Position numbers and translations under genes: made by a program. DNA of 64,000 bases, taken from positions 212,464-276,463 of the forward strand of contig CAWHAE010000020.1 of NCBI GenBank assembly GCA_963827235.1, read 5' to 3'. Numbering within the stretch: the stretch's first letter is position 1; each line of letters opens with the position of its first letter. Below, in pieces: positions 23,099 through 32,749 of the stretch. The notes beneath the pieces are model-generated. The model had not been told where the DNA came from. It worked only from the letters and a program-made list of their open reading frames with translations, and did no database searches. Source of the DNA: an uncultured bacterium. Lineage in GTDB: Bacteria; Chloroflexota; UBA5177; JANWHV01.

Positions 23099-24268
23099 GT
23101 GGAAGCTTCACACGAGATTCAACGAGAAGTCGCTTCGGCAGCGCCGCCGGGGTTGCCTGCATGGGCGCCGGGCGAGCGTTGTGTGGCGCACATGGATCTG
23201 GATAGCTTCTATGCGTCGGTAGAGCAGCGCGAGGATCCGGCACTCGCGGGCAAACCCCTGGCAGTTGTCATGGGCCTGGATGCCAAGGGTCGCGGTGCCG
23301 TCGCCTCCGCCTCATACGTTGCGCGCGCCTTCGGCGTGCGCAGCGCCCAGTCGCTGGCGACGGCTCGCCGACTGTGCCCGGATCTGATCGCACTCCCGGT
23401 GCGTCGATCGCTGTACAGCGGCTATTCGACTCGCGTGATGGACGCCCTGCGCGGCATCTCAACTCGCCTGCAGCAGGTGAGCATTGATGAGGCATTCGTC
23501 GAGCTGTCCGACGTGCAGCGCTCGTGGCCCGACCTGATCGCAGCGCGATCCGCCATTTTCGAAGTGATCGGTCTCTCGTGCTCCTTCGGCATCGCGCCGA
23601 ACAAGCTCGTGGCCAAGATAGCCACCAGCCGGGGGAAGCCCCGGGGCTTTATCGTCGTCCCTCCCGGCACACAGGCCCGCTTTCTGGCGCCCCTCTCCGT
23701 AACGGAGCTGTGGGGCGTCGGGCCGCGCACGGCTGAGCGACTGCGTGGGTTGGGCATAGATACGCTCGGCGAGCTCGCCGCGCGCGACCCCCGAGAGCTG
23801 GCCGGCGTCTTCGGACCGCGTAGGGCCCTTGAGCTGCGCCAGTTCGCCCAGGGCAATGACGATAGTCCGTTGGCCCCCGAGCGAGCCTATAAGTCCCTCA
23901 GCAGCGAGCGAACGTTCGCGCATGGTGAGACGAGCGCCAGGCGATTGTGGGCCACTATCCAGGACATGGCGGGCGACCTGGCAGTTCGCCTGGAAGCGCA
24001 CGGCTTGCTCGCGCGCACGGTGGGCATCAAGCTGCGGCTGGAGAATTGGCGACTGCTAACACGCGACCGGACGTTGCCCGATCATTTCGCCAGCGCTGAG
24101 CGTATCGCCGCCGTTGCCGCCGATCTGATGCGCGATCACTGGCGGAGAGAGCCAGTCAGGCTATTGGGTCTGCGGGCCTCGGGACTCATGCCCAGGCAGG
24201 CCTCATCGCAGCTGCCGCTTTTTCAGCCACCGGTGGCACCGAGCCGTCCGGCCACGGCCGGAGACTGA
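23099..24268 (+). CDS. dinB: DNA polymerase IV
   Basis: HMDLDSFYASVE, SYVARAFGV, SIDEAF, NKLVAKIA and WGVG motifs; little-finger domain. Confidence 0.95.
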   Translation: MEASHEIQREVASAAPPGLPAWAPGERCVAHMDLDSFYASVEQREDPALAGKPLAVVMGLDAKGRGAVASASYVARAFGVRSAQSLATARRLCPDLIALPVRRSLYSGYSTRVMDALRGISTRLQQVSIDEAFVELSDVQRSWPDLIAARSAIFEVIGLSCSFGIAPNKLVAKIATSRGKPRGFIVVPPGTQARFLAPLSVTELWGVGPRTAERLRGLGIDTLGELAARDPRELAGVFGPRRALELRQFAQGNDDSPLAPERAYKSLSSERTFAHGETSARRLWATIQDMAGDLAVRLEAHGLLARTVGIKLRLENWRLLTRDRTLPDHFASAERIAAVAADLMRDHWRREPVRLLGLRASGLMPRQASSQLPLFQPPVAPSRPATAGD

Positions 24269-24388
24269 TTGCAGTGAAAGGCCTGCCACGGCCTGGACCG
24301 GCGACCACCGCCGGTCGGCCGACTCTGCTACCATTGCGATCGGCGTGTCTGCGAGGCATCCCCGTACTGCACAGATAGTGAGTCCGAC

Positions 24389-25201
24389 GTGTCGTTGCGC
24401 TACAAGCTGATCGTTCTGGACCTCGACGGCACTTTGCTCGATGGGCAGAAGAAGATCTCCGCGCGCACCCGCACCACGCTGGAACGCGCCCGGGCCGACG
24501 GTGCGGCCGTGGCGATTGCAACCGGCCGCAGCTTCGCCATGGCGCGCCACTTTGTCGATGGGTTTCCTCTCAACGGGCCGCAAATCACCTACAACGGGGC
24601 GGCGATTGTCGATCCTGTTACGGGTAGGCCCCTGTATCTTCAGGCCCTTCCTGGGCGCCTCGTAGGCCCTGTAATCGATTTTCTGCGTGACCAGCGTGTG
24701 TTTACGTCCTACTTTGCTGAAGAGGAAGTGTACGTACGCCATCGGTCCAGTCTCGAGCACGCCTTGGTGCCGCCTGAAATGCCGCCTGCGGTAGAGGTAG
24801 CCGACTTCGACGAGCTACGCCATTTGCCGGCAATCAAGATCGTCGCCACCGCCGCCCGCGAGCGTATAGACACCCTGCGGCCCGTGGCCGAGTCGGCATT
24901 CGGGGCCGATCTCTACGTGACGCGAACGGATGCTGTCCTGCTGGAGTTTCTGCATCCCTCGGTCTCCAAGGGCACGGCGCTCAAGCGGGTGATCAAGTTG
25001 CTCGACCTCAGTGCTGAAGACGTGATCGCCTTTGGCGACAGCCACAACGATCTTGAGCTGCTGCAGATCGCGGGTACCGGCGTGGCCATGGGTAACGCGG
25101 TTGACGAGGTGCGCGCAATGGCCGACATCGTGGCGCCGCCGAACACTGACGATGGAGTGGCCAGGGTACTCGAGACGGTGCTGTGGCCCGATTCCCCGTA
25201 G
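24389..25201 (+). CDS. Cof-type HAD-IIB hydrolase
   Basis: DLDGTLL, ATGR, SKG and FGDSHND motifs. Confidence 0.93.
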   Translation: MSLRYKLIVLDLDGTLLDGQKKISARTRTTLERARADGAAVAIATGRSFAMARHFVDGFPLNGPQITYNGAAIVDPVTGRPLYLQALPGRLVGPVIDFLRDQRVFTSYFAEEEVYVRHRSSLEHALVPPEMPPAVEVADFDELRHLPAIKIVATAARERIDTLRPVAESAFGADLYVTRTDAVLLEFLHPSVSKGTALKRVIKLLDLSAEDVIAFGDSHNDLELLQIAGTGVAMGNAVDEVRAMADIVAPPNTDDGVARVLETVLWPDSP

Positions 25202-25264
25202 AGTATGCTGAGATAAACGCTTTCCAGTTCGCGAGTCGTTGGCTGTTCACGACAAGGAGTGCCC

Positions 25265-26743
25265 ATGGTGCCCCGATGTCAGCGCCCGGTCCGCCGTGTC
25301 CTGCTGTGTTTGGCCTCTACCGCGATCCTTGCTGCCGCTCTACTGCCGGGTCCCGGCGCCTCCGCGGCCCAGGTGCCCCGCCCCGGGCGCGCGTTCCGGT
25401 CGCTCTCGCTGATCTACCCCGGTTCGCAGGTAATGTCTGTTGACTACCAGACTTCCGCCGCACCCGCGCTGCCGCGCGAAGCAGTAGCATCGGCCATGGC
25501 GCCGGACGGCCGGGCTCGCCACGGTACGACTACGACCATCGGGCTATCCCGAAGCGGTGACGGGATCAGGCTGAATGCCGCCACGCCTATCGCTACCGGG
25601 CCGGCTGCCGGCGCATCGCCCACGCCAATCGTCACGCATTATTCTCTTGCCGCTGCCTGGCCCATGGCCGGGCACGACCCGGGACAAAGCTTCGCCGACG
25701 TGCTGGGCAGCGTCGTTCCCGGTGCCGTTCCGCTACTGCACCTTCGCTGGCAGGCCCAGGGGTTGGTGCCGCAGATCGAGGCGGGGGGTCTCCTCTATGC
25801 GATCAACGCTAACTCGCAGGTCGAGTCGTTGGACGCGGCCGGAGGCACCGTGGGCCGCACCTATCAGTCGCCGGGAGTCGTGGGCCTGGCCTACCAGGCA
25901 CCCTATCTCTACGTGAACAGGTCTTCTGAGATTCGCATCGTCGATGCGGCGACGGCGGGCTGGTCGAATTCCGCCACCGATTCTGTGGGAGATGCTACGC
26001 CCACGTTCTCTTCGCTGATCGTGAGTGGGCGGCAGATCTTTACTGGATCCGGCCCTGCTTCGCCCACCTCGCTGGCCAGTTTCTACTCTTTCGACGCTCA
26101 GTCGGGCAACAAGTTGTGGCAGCATCCCGGCAGCTTCACGTCTACGCCGTGCCTGGCATACGGCACGTTGTACGTGAGTTACGGACCCTTCGGCAGCATG
26201 GACACATACGTGATTGATGCGGCGAACGGCTTTCAGTTCCGCGAGTTCAAGAAGCTCGGCGCAATCCAGTGGAATGCGGCGGGTGACAGGGTGTATGCCA
26301 GCGTCCTGTCCGGGCCGCCCGATCGTCTGCGCGCCTCGGTACGGGCATACGATCGTTTCGGTAAGCCACGGTGGGTCGCTCATAACATCCTGTTCGGCGC
26401 TGCCCTGCCCGAGATGATGTTTGGCATAGCGCCCGGCGGTGTGGACGCGCGCAGCGCTCTCGATGGGCACCGGTTGTGGCGAACCGATCTGCCGGGGCTG
26501 AACGCGATCTCGTCTGGCACGGTGGCGGTTTCCGGTGACCTTATCGTCGTGCAGGCGGACGACGGAGTGCTCCGGCTGCTCGATCGCGACACAGGGCTAC
26601 TCGTCCGCACGCTGAAGCCTCCATTCGTGGCCACGTTGGCGCGCAACCTCCTAGTCGGTGGCGGGATCATCTTCGAGAGCGTGACCCCCGTGCATCCGGG
26701 AGGGAAGGCCGGGCCAGCCACCCTGCTTGCCTTTGGTCCTTGA
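25265..26743 (+). CDS. Secreted PQQ-like beta-propeller protein
   Basis: Signal peptide; WPMAGHD; repeated DA..G...W motifs. Confidence 0.75.
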   Translation: MVPRCQRPVRRVLLCLASTAILAAALLPGPGASAAQVPRPGRAFRSLSLIYPGSQVMSVDYQTSAAPALPREAVASAMAPDGRARHGTTTTIGLSRSGDGIRLNAATPIATGPAAGASPTPIVTHYSLAAAWPMAGHDPGQSFADVLGSVVPGAVPLLHLRWQAQGLVPQIEAGGLLYAINANSQVESLDAAGGTVGRTYQSPGVVGLAYQAPYLYVNRSSEIRIVDAATAGWSNSATDSVGDATPTFSSLIVSGRQIFTGSGPASPTSLASFYSFDAQSGNKLWQHPGSFTSTPCLAYGTLYVSYGPFGSMDTYVIDAANGFQFREFKKLGAIQWNAAGDRVYASVLSGPPDRLRASVRAYDRFGKPRWVAHNILFGAALPEMMFGIAPGGVDARSALDGHRLWRTDLPGLNAISSGTVAVSGDLIVVQADDGVLRLLDRDTGLLVRTLKPPFVATLARNLLVGGGIIFESVTPVHPGGKAGPATLLAFGP

Positions 26744-27002
26744 CGTCCGTCGAGTAGCCTGGCGCCGGGCAGTGCCCGCCGGGCGTGCCGGTCGATGGAG
26801 TTCCGCGCGGGAGGCTCGCGCACTGGCACAGGGTGCCTGCTGCCGGCGTGACAACTGTAACTAAATCCGCATGATAATGCGCTCACGAGCATACTCATGC
26901 ATCGGTGACGTATCGCACCGTCACTCGACGGTGCCGCAATTGTGGCGCCGGGCTGAGCAGAAAAGGCGACCGGAATTGCTACGTCCGTGCGCGCCAAGGG
27001 CC

Positions 27003-27031
27003 TTGACATGTGAAAAATGGAGGCGTAGCAT
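27003..27031 (+). promoter_or_regulatory. Near-consensus sigma70 promoter
   Basis: TTGACA-17 bp-TAGCAT, with no long ORF downstream on this strand. Confidence 0.75.
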
Positions 27032-27037
27032 GACCTT

Positions 27038-27427
27038 AGTGCGAGGGCATCCGGAGGCTGACAGCCTCCTATCCACCGCCTGGAAAGGAGACTTCCTATG
27101 TATAGTTTGAGGAAGCCGCACCTTTTCTTCGGAGTCCTTCAGGTCGACTAGCACCTGCTCGGCCGGACGGTAGTAGCTAGGAACAAGCTCGCCGAAACGT
27201 GTCGAGGGCGAAAGCAGGATTCCACCCACGGGCCGGTCATCGGTCCAACGCCGGCGTTACGAATAGGCCCTTGAGCCTTTGCACTTTCGATCGACGCAGG
27301 CAGCGATGAATTCGTACTGGTGATCGGCCCCCGTTCTGCACTGTGTGAGGTGTTAGCAAAACAAGCACACGAGCAAGCGGTAGGTAAAAGTAAACGAGAG
27401 GGAGTCGTGTGCGCGACTCCCTCTCGT
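27038..27427 (+). ncRNA. Candidate structured ncRNA, possibly Ms1-like
   Basis: Promoter upstream; several long-range helices; ordered CTAGCAC, CACCCACG and GAATAGGC motifs; ends at or before a strong hairpin (see findings). Confidence 0.6.
27385..27427 (-). terminator. Intrinsic terminator of the PRTase gene (hairpin may also stop the plus-strand RNA)
   Basis: 14-bp stem ACGAGAGGGAGTCG/CGACTCCCTCTCGT with TTTACTTTT tail on the minus strand. Confidence 0.85.
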
Positions 27428-27454
27428 CATGTACTCAGCACGCGAAGACGCGCC

Positions 27455-27925
27455 TCAGCGTTCTCGATCCCACGGATAGACGAGCCAATCGTCGGTGGCC
27501 TCGGCGTAGAAGTCTGGGTGTTCGTTGTTGTACCGCGAACGACCGGGCTTGAAGTGCAGCACGGCCACCTTGTAGTGGCACCTCACTGCGTCCAGGCGCT
27601 CTTTCACCGCCATGATCGTGCGCCCGCTATCCCATACGTCGTCCACTACGAGCACGCGCTTCCCGGCCAGCAATGTGTCGGTAGGAAACTGAAGGAAGAT
27701 CGGGGTGTCGAGCGTCTGGTCGACGTCGGTGTAGTAGACAACCGCGGCGACCAGAATGTTCCGCAGGTCGATCTTCTCGCTGATCAGGCAGCCCGGCACC
27801 ATGCCCCCTCGAGTGATGACCAGCATGGCCTCATAGGTGTCGGACAGATACGTCCTGATCAGGTGATCGACCAGACGTTGAATCTCCTCCCAGCTAAGTA
27901 GCCGCTTGACCAGTGTCTTCTCCAT
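27455..27925 (-). CDS. Type I phosphoribosyltransferase (xanthine/hypoxanthine-guanine PRTase-like)
   Basis: LSWEE, ITRGG, VLVVDDVWDSGRT and WLVYPW motifs. Confidence 0.92.
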   Translation of the reverse strand: MEKTLVKRLLSWEEIQRLVDHLIRTYLSDTYEAMLVITRGGMVPGCLISEKIDLRNILVAAVVYYTDVDQTLDTPIFLQFPTDTLLAGKRVLVVDDVWDSGRTIMAVKERLDAVRCHYKVAVLHFKPGRSRYNNEHPDFYAEATDDWLVYPWDRER

Positions 27926-27928
27926 ACG

Positions 27929-28495
27929 TTACGGCAATCCCCTGATAATTGGCGTCGGCGAGGGGCCGGCGGAGCGTGTCGTGACCGTGGGCTCTCCGGC
28001 TGGCCCGGACTTGCGCCGGATCTGGTCGATCGCGTTCTGGAACTCCACGGCACCGTTGTCGATCTGGCTGGACGCGCGCTGAACTTCCGTCCGGCTGCTG
28101 GTGCGCAGACCGAGCACCAGTGTGTTCGTGCCAACCGAGAGATCGGTCAAGCTCTTGACGAAGAGCTTGGCTGTTGCCTTCACCTCCGCCGGGATCGGCG
28201 TAGTCTGCTGGAATCGCACCAGCTCGCCCGAGAACTCGTCCGCCGTCTTCGATACCCCGGTAACATCGTTCCTCTGTATGGAGTTGCCGAGGTTGTTGAG
28301 CGAGGCGATAGTGTCGGTCACTATCGGCAAGATGCGGCCCTGCCAGACGAGGACCGCCGTCGATTGGTTGTAGCTCGCGGACGTGCCACCGGCCCGTGGA
28401 GCCTGGGCGTAGACTCGCACACTGCCGGCTGCGAACCCAACGACGCTGGCGGCTACGAGACAGCGTGCCAGGCGCGAACGTAGAACGGTGTTCAT
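27929..28495 (-). CDS. Secreted helical-bundle hypothetical protein
   Basis: GGAGG RBS; signal-peptide-like N-terminus ending VYA-Q; amphipathic helices. Confidence 0.7.
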   Translation of the reverse strand: MNTVLRSRLARCLVAASVVGFAAGSVRVYAQAPRAGGTSASYNQSTAVLVWQGRILPIVTDTIASLNNLGNSIQRNDVTGVSKTADEFSGELVRFQQTTPIPAEVKATAKLFVKSLTDLSVGTNTLVLGLRTSSRTEVQRASSQIDNGAVEFQNAIDQIRRKSGPAGEPTVTTRSAGPSPTPIIRGLP

Positions 28496-28963
28496 GGCTC
28501 CTCCACCGGCTGAGTGGGCAAACGTCGGAGCGATCGTAACAGCAGCCATCGGCTATGTCAAAATGACTCGCGTGGTGGCTGTGTGCCTTAGTGTACGGTA
28601 GCAGGCCTATTCCTGCCAGCGCCATCGCACGCAAATGTGCTGCTGCGACCCGGAACTTCATTGGCGAAGTGCGCGGAGGGCAACGTGGCCGCTACTCCGG
28701 GTACGACGGGCATCCTGGGGTCGGTCGTCATCGTGCCCGACCCTTCGCTCACCCCGACGCACCGGCTCCCGGGACCGTGGCCATCTCGCCCGCTCGCCGG
28801 TCACCACGAGGTGGCGAGCCGCCGAACGTCCCGCCACTTCGCGGATCCTGCCGCGGACGGTATGGTCGCCGTCGGCCGCCCAACCCGGCGCCCGCGTCGT
28901 GTCGTATGGTATAACGGTGACGAGGCGCAAGCCGGGAGTGATCATGATCGGGAGGGCACGCCT

Positions 28964-29302
28964 ATGCCGGTGAAGATCCATCACACGCTCATTCGCGATC
29001 GCATCCCGGAGATCATCGCGGAGAGCGGCGGCCATGCTGAGACGCGAGTACTCTCCCAGCAGGAGTTCTTGCAGGCGCTCAAGGCTAAGCTCGTAGAGGA
29101 AGCAGATGCCGCTGCGCACTCCAGCACCGCGCTCGAGCTTGCGCTCGAAATCGGCGACGTGCTCGAGGTGGTGGACGCGCTCATCCATGCGGAGGGCTTC
29201 TTGCACTCGGAGATCGAAGCCTACAGGCACGAGCGGGCCGCCAGTCGCGGCACGTTCAAGCGGCGCCTCATGCTGCTGCAGACTCGCACCCCGGATTCCT
29301 AG
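28964..29302 (+). CDS. MazG-like nucleoside triphosphate pyrophosphohydrolase
   Basis: LIRDRIPEII, KLVEE, EIGDVLEV and RGTF motifs; GGGAGG RBS. Confidence 0.85.
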   Translation: MPVKIHHTLIRDRIPEIIAESGGHAETRVLSQQEFLQALKAKLVEEADAAAHSSTALELALEIGDVLEVVDALIHAEGFLHSEIEAYRHERAASRGTFKRRLMLLQTRTPDS

Positions 29303-29410
29303 CGGCCCCCATTTGGGCTAGTCTGCCGCTCGGTCGCTCGGCTTCAACCATGTTGGAGACTGGCATATACTAGATGCACGGATTGCTGCTTTCACAGGGA
29401 GGGTGCGCAT

Positions 29411-30901
29411 ATGTGGCGATTCAGACTCATTCGCTTCCGGCTCACCCTCACCTACACCATCTTCCTGGCAACGGCCTTCACGGCGTTCAGTATGGGCATT
29501 CTCTTTGGACTGAATGCCATTCTCAACGACAACTACGACCAGAAGATGCAGAATGCGGCCGATCAGATCGTCAGCCAGTATACGATACTGCAGAAGTACA
29601 ACTACTACCCGAACATCGGCGTCACGCTTACTGTCTCCAAGAAGACGGTCGGTGGTGACCAGAGCCCCCTACCGTCAGAGAATTACCAGTTCCTCAACGC
29701 CAATGGTCAGCCGATTCGCGGTGGCCAGAGTAAGCAGCCCGACCCGAAGCTCTCCACCAATCCGAAACTCAAACAGACCGTCAAGAAGGCACTCATCTCC
29801 AACTCACCGCAGAGCCTCACCGTCGCCGGCAACAACGGCGACACCAGTGTCGTCGTGGTTCCAACCGGCGCCGACCAGGCGGTGCTCGTCTACGAAGCAT
29901 CGCGGCAAGGCGTGGAAGACACGATCACGGTCATGAAGGAGATCATGATCCTCGCCGTGGTGGTGATGACTATCCTCTCCGCGATCGGTGCCTGGGTGCT
30001 CACCGGGCGCGTGCTGCGCCCCATCGACCGCATGAGCGAGCGCGTGCGCCGCATCTCCATTCGCGACCTCAGCGAGCGGTTTCATATGGATCAGCCGGAC
30101 GAGCTCGGCAGGCTTGCTTCGACCTTCGACGACATGATCTCCCGGCTTCAGGCTTCCGTGGAGCGCCAGAAGCGCTTCACGTCCGACGCTTCACACGAGC
30201 TGCGCACGCCCCTGACGGTGATGCAGGCGGATATCGACCTCGCGCTGCGCCGTCCTCGCACTGCCGATGAGTACCGTGAGACGCTCGAAAGCGCCCAGGA
30301 GGAAGTGACGAGGCTGTCGCGTATCGTCTCCGACCTGCTTGTCCTGACCAGGCTGGATACCGACGCCTCGTTCGTCGAGCACGAGCCGGTGGCGCTTGAC
30401 GAGCTCCTGGACAGCGTAGTTTCGGGCATGAAACCGCTTGCTCGCGAGGGGGAGATCCTGCTGAGCTACTGGTTCAGCGCGCCCATAACCATCATGGGCG
30501 ACGTAACGCGACTGAAGCAGCTTTTCATCAATTTGCTGGACAACGCGATCAAGTATACGTCGACAGGCGGCGCTGTTCACGTAGCCATGGAGCCGCTGCC
30601 CGACACCATCAAGGTGATTGTCTCGGATACCGGCATGGGTATTGAGCCCGAGCATCTGCCGCACATCTTCGAGCGCTTCTACCGCGCTGACCAGGCGCGA
30701 TCGCGCAGCCATGAGGGTACCGGTCTCGGTCTCGCCATAGCAATGAGTGCCGTCCGGGCTCACCATGGGGATATCGATGTGGTGAGCAGGCCGGGCTTCG
30801 GCACGACGTTCACCGTGACGTTGCCGTACGGCGGCGTTCTTGCTGCAGAGATGCCCGATTCGGGCAAGCTCGTCCGCTTGCCCCTGTCGGCGGCCAGCTG
30901 A
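29411..30901 (+). CDS. HAMP-HisKA-HATPase sensor kinase (type that pairs with OmpR-family regulators)
   Basis: Two TMs; DASHELRTPL, NLLDNAIKY, DTGMGI, IFERFYR and GTGLGL motifs. Confidence 0.95.
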   Translation: MWRFRLIRFRLTLTYTIFLATAFTAFSMGILFGLNAILNDNYDQKMQNAADQIVSQYTILQKYNYYPNIGVTLTVSKKTVGGDQSPLPSENYQFLNANGQPIRGGQSKQPDPKLSTNPKLKQTVKKALISNSPQSLTVAGNNGDTSVVVVPTGADQAVLVYEASRQGVEDTITVMKEIMILAVVVMTILSAIGAWVLTGRVLRPIDRMSERVRRISIRDLSERFHMDQPDELGRLASTFDDMISRLQASVERQKRFTSDASHELRTPLTVMQADIDLALRRPRTADEYRETLESAQEEVTRLSRIVSDLLVLTRLDTDASFVEHEPVALDELLDSVVSGMKPLAREGEILLSYWFSAPITIMGDVTRLKQLFINLLDNAIKYTSTGGAVHVAMEPLPDTIKVIVSDTGMGIEPEHLPHIFERFYRADQARSRSHEGTGLGLAIAMSAVRAHHGDIDVVSRPGFGTTFTVTLPYGGVLAAEMPDSGKLVRLPLSAAS

Positions 30902-31082
30902 TCCCAGGTGGGCTGTCGGGCAGGCTCTGGTCATGGCGTGGCTAGCCGGCCCTGCGGCTGGCCTGCACCCATCGGCCCGGACAGGCCAGCCAGGTCAAGC
31001 GGGCTTCGTCGCCGGTACACACGGTTGGTCTGCTGCGAAGGAATCCTACTCTGGGGCGGTAAGCCGAGCGACGGGCGTGCCG

Positions 31083-31871
31083 TCAGGCGAGGAACGCGGC
31101 GGCCACCAGGGCCACGGTGAGCAGCAGGAGCACGTAGTCCGCGGTGGAGAACCGCTGTTCGCGGAGGTGCGTGCGCGCGCTGCCGACCCGATAGCCGCGC
31201 GCTTCCATGGCCGTCGCCAGCTCGCCGGCGCGACGCAAGTTGGCGGAGATGATCGGATTGTACAGGCTGATCAGGGCGCGCAGCCGGGTCTCGATTGGGC
31301 CGTGCCAGAGGTCGGTTCCGCGAGCGAGCTGGGCGTCAATCACCGTGCGCACCTGTTCGCGGATCAACGGCAGGAAGGTCAGGGCGAGGGTCACGAGCAT
31401 GGCCAGCTCATCGACCGGTGCGCCGAGCCGCTTGAGCGGCTTGCAGAGTCGCTGCAGGGCCGTCGCTATGGCCAGCGGCTCCGTGCTGGACGTCAAAACC
31501 TGAGCTCCGTAGATCAGGGCGCCGGACTGAAAGAAGATCCTGACGCCGAGCTGAACCCCGTCCTGCGTGAGCGACATCGGCCCCCATCGGAGCTCGGCCT
31601 TGCCCGGAATCAGCAACGCGTAGACGAAGCTGCTGAGCGCCAGCAGGACTATCACGACGCCCATGCTGCGCAGCATAGCTCGCTGGTCGACCCGGGCCAC
31701 CACGCTTGAGATCGCCAGAAGGGCCGTGATCACCCCGAAATAGTACAGATGCACGGCGCCGAACGAAGCCGCCATGACGCCGAAGAGGGCCACGATCTTT
31801 GATCGTCCGTCAAGTCTGTGCGCGATAGAGTCGCCCGCCTGGTAAGCGCCAAGTCCCAGTCCGCTCAGCAT
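31083..31871 (-). CDS. ecfT: ECF transporter T component
   Basis: HRLDGRSK, AQLARG and AMEARGY motifs. Confidence 0.92.
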   Translation of the reverse strand: MLSGLGLGAYQAGDSIAHRLDGRSKIVALFGVMAASFGAVHLYYFGVITALLAISSVVARVDQRAMLRSMGVVIVLLALSSFVYALLIPGKAELRWGPMSLTQDGVQLGVRIFFQSGALIYGAQVLTSSTEPLAIATALQRLCKPLKRLGAPVDELAMLVTLALTFLPLIREQVRTVIDAQLARGTDLWHGPIETRLRALISLYNPIISANLRRAGELATAMEARGYRVGSARTHLREQRFSTADYVLLLLTVALVAAAFLA

Positions 31872-32749
31872 GAGCCGTCCCGCCTTCCTGAGCCTGCTGC
31901 AGCCTGTTGGGCAGCGCGCAGGGCGACTGCGATGGCAGCCAGGATCGAGGCGGGGCGCATGTCGGTTACCTGCCCGATCGGCGCGCCTAGCCCTTTCAGC
32001 GAATCCAGTACTTCGGCGTCGACGGGGGCAAGCAGATGCAGTTGCGCCAGGAGCGCCCTGTCGCCGGCCGCACCCCCCGGAGTACCGTCGTACACGACGC
32101 GGCCGGAGTCGAGCAGAACGACCCTGTCCGCCAGGCGGAAGGCCAGCGGCAGGTCGGCGGTCAGCAGCACGACGCCGATACGCGTGCCTGTGTCCGAGAT
32201 TACCTGTTCAATTGCTTCACGACCTGCCGGGTCGAGCCCCGCGATCGGCTCGTCCAGCACGAGATGGCGCGGTTGCATGGCCAGCAGCCCGGCCAGGGCA
32301 ACCCGGCGCCGCTCCCCGCCGCTGAGGGAGAAGGGAGATCGCGTCACAAAGCGCTCCCGATCGAGCCCCACCATCTCCATGGCGGCTTCGAGGCGCAGCT
32401 GCGACGCGGCCAGGTCGAGGCCGGCGAGCTCGGGGCCGAAGCGGATGTCTTCGCCGACCGTCATGCCGAAAAGCTGGTTGTCGGGCTGTTGCATCAGCAG
32501 CCCGACACGGCGACGCGCTTCGGCAATGCTATCCATTTCTTGAAGGTTCTTGCCGTCCAGCTCGACGCTGCCGGAGGCGGGCTTGTGCAACCCGTTCATC
32601 AGCCTGCCGATGGTGCTCTTTCCGCTGCCGGACGGTCCTACCAGGGCAAGACAACCCCGATCGTGCACCTCAAGCGTCACGTCCCGCACGACCAAGTGCT
32701 GTTGGTCGATCGGGTAGCTGGCCGAAACCGCGTTGAGTCTCAGGGCCAT
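31865..32749 (-). CDS. ecfA2: ECF transporter ATPase A2
   Basis: GPSGSGKS, QQPDNQLF, SPFSLSGGE and DEPIAGLD motifs. Confidence 0.88.
   Translation of the reverse strand: MALRLNAVSASYPIDQQHLVVRDVTLEVHDRGCLALVGPSGSGKSTIGRLMNGLHKPASGSVELDGKNLQEMDSIAEARRRVGLLMQQPDNQLFGMTVGEDIRFGPELAGLDLAASQLRLEAAMEMVGLDRERFVTRSPFSLSGGERRRVALAGLLAMQPRHLVLDEPIAGLDPAGREAIEQVISDTGTRIGVVLLTADLPLAFRLADRVVLLDSGRVVYDGTPGGAAGDRALLAQLHLLAPVDAEVLDSLKGLGAPIGQVTDMRPASILAAIAVALRAAQQAAAGSGRRDGSC

Noticed and set aside
26904-26919. GTG-N8-CAC Crp-like site upstream of the ncRNA promoter
   Set aside because: It lies at about -126, a non-canonical position, and such matches are common in GC-rich DNA.
27038-27427. RNase P, tmRNA, SRP or hammerhead identity for the candidate RNA
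   Set aside because: It lacks GAGGAAAGTCC, tRNA-like ends, the SRP helix-8 motif and CTGANGA.
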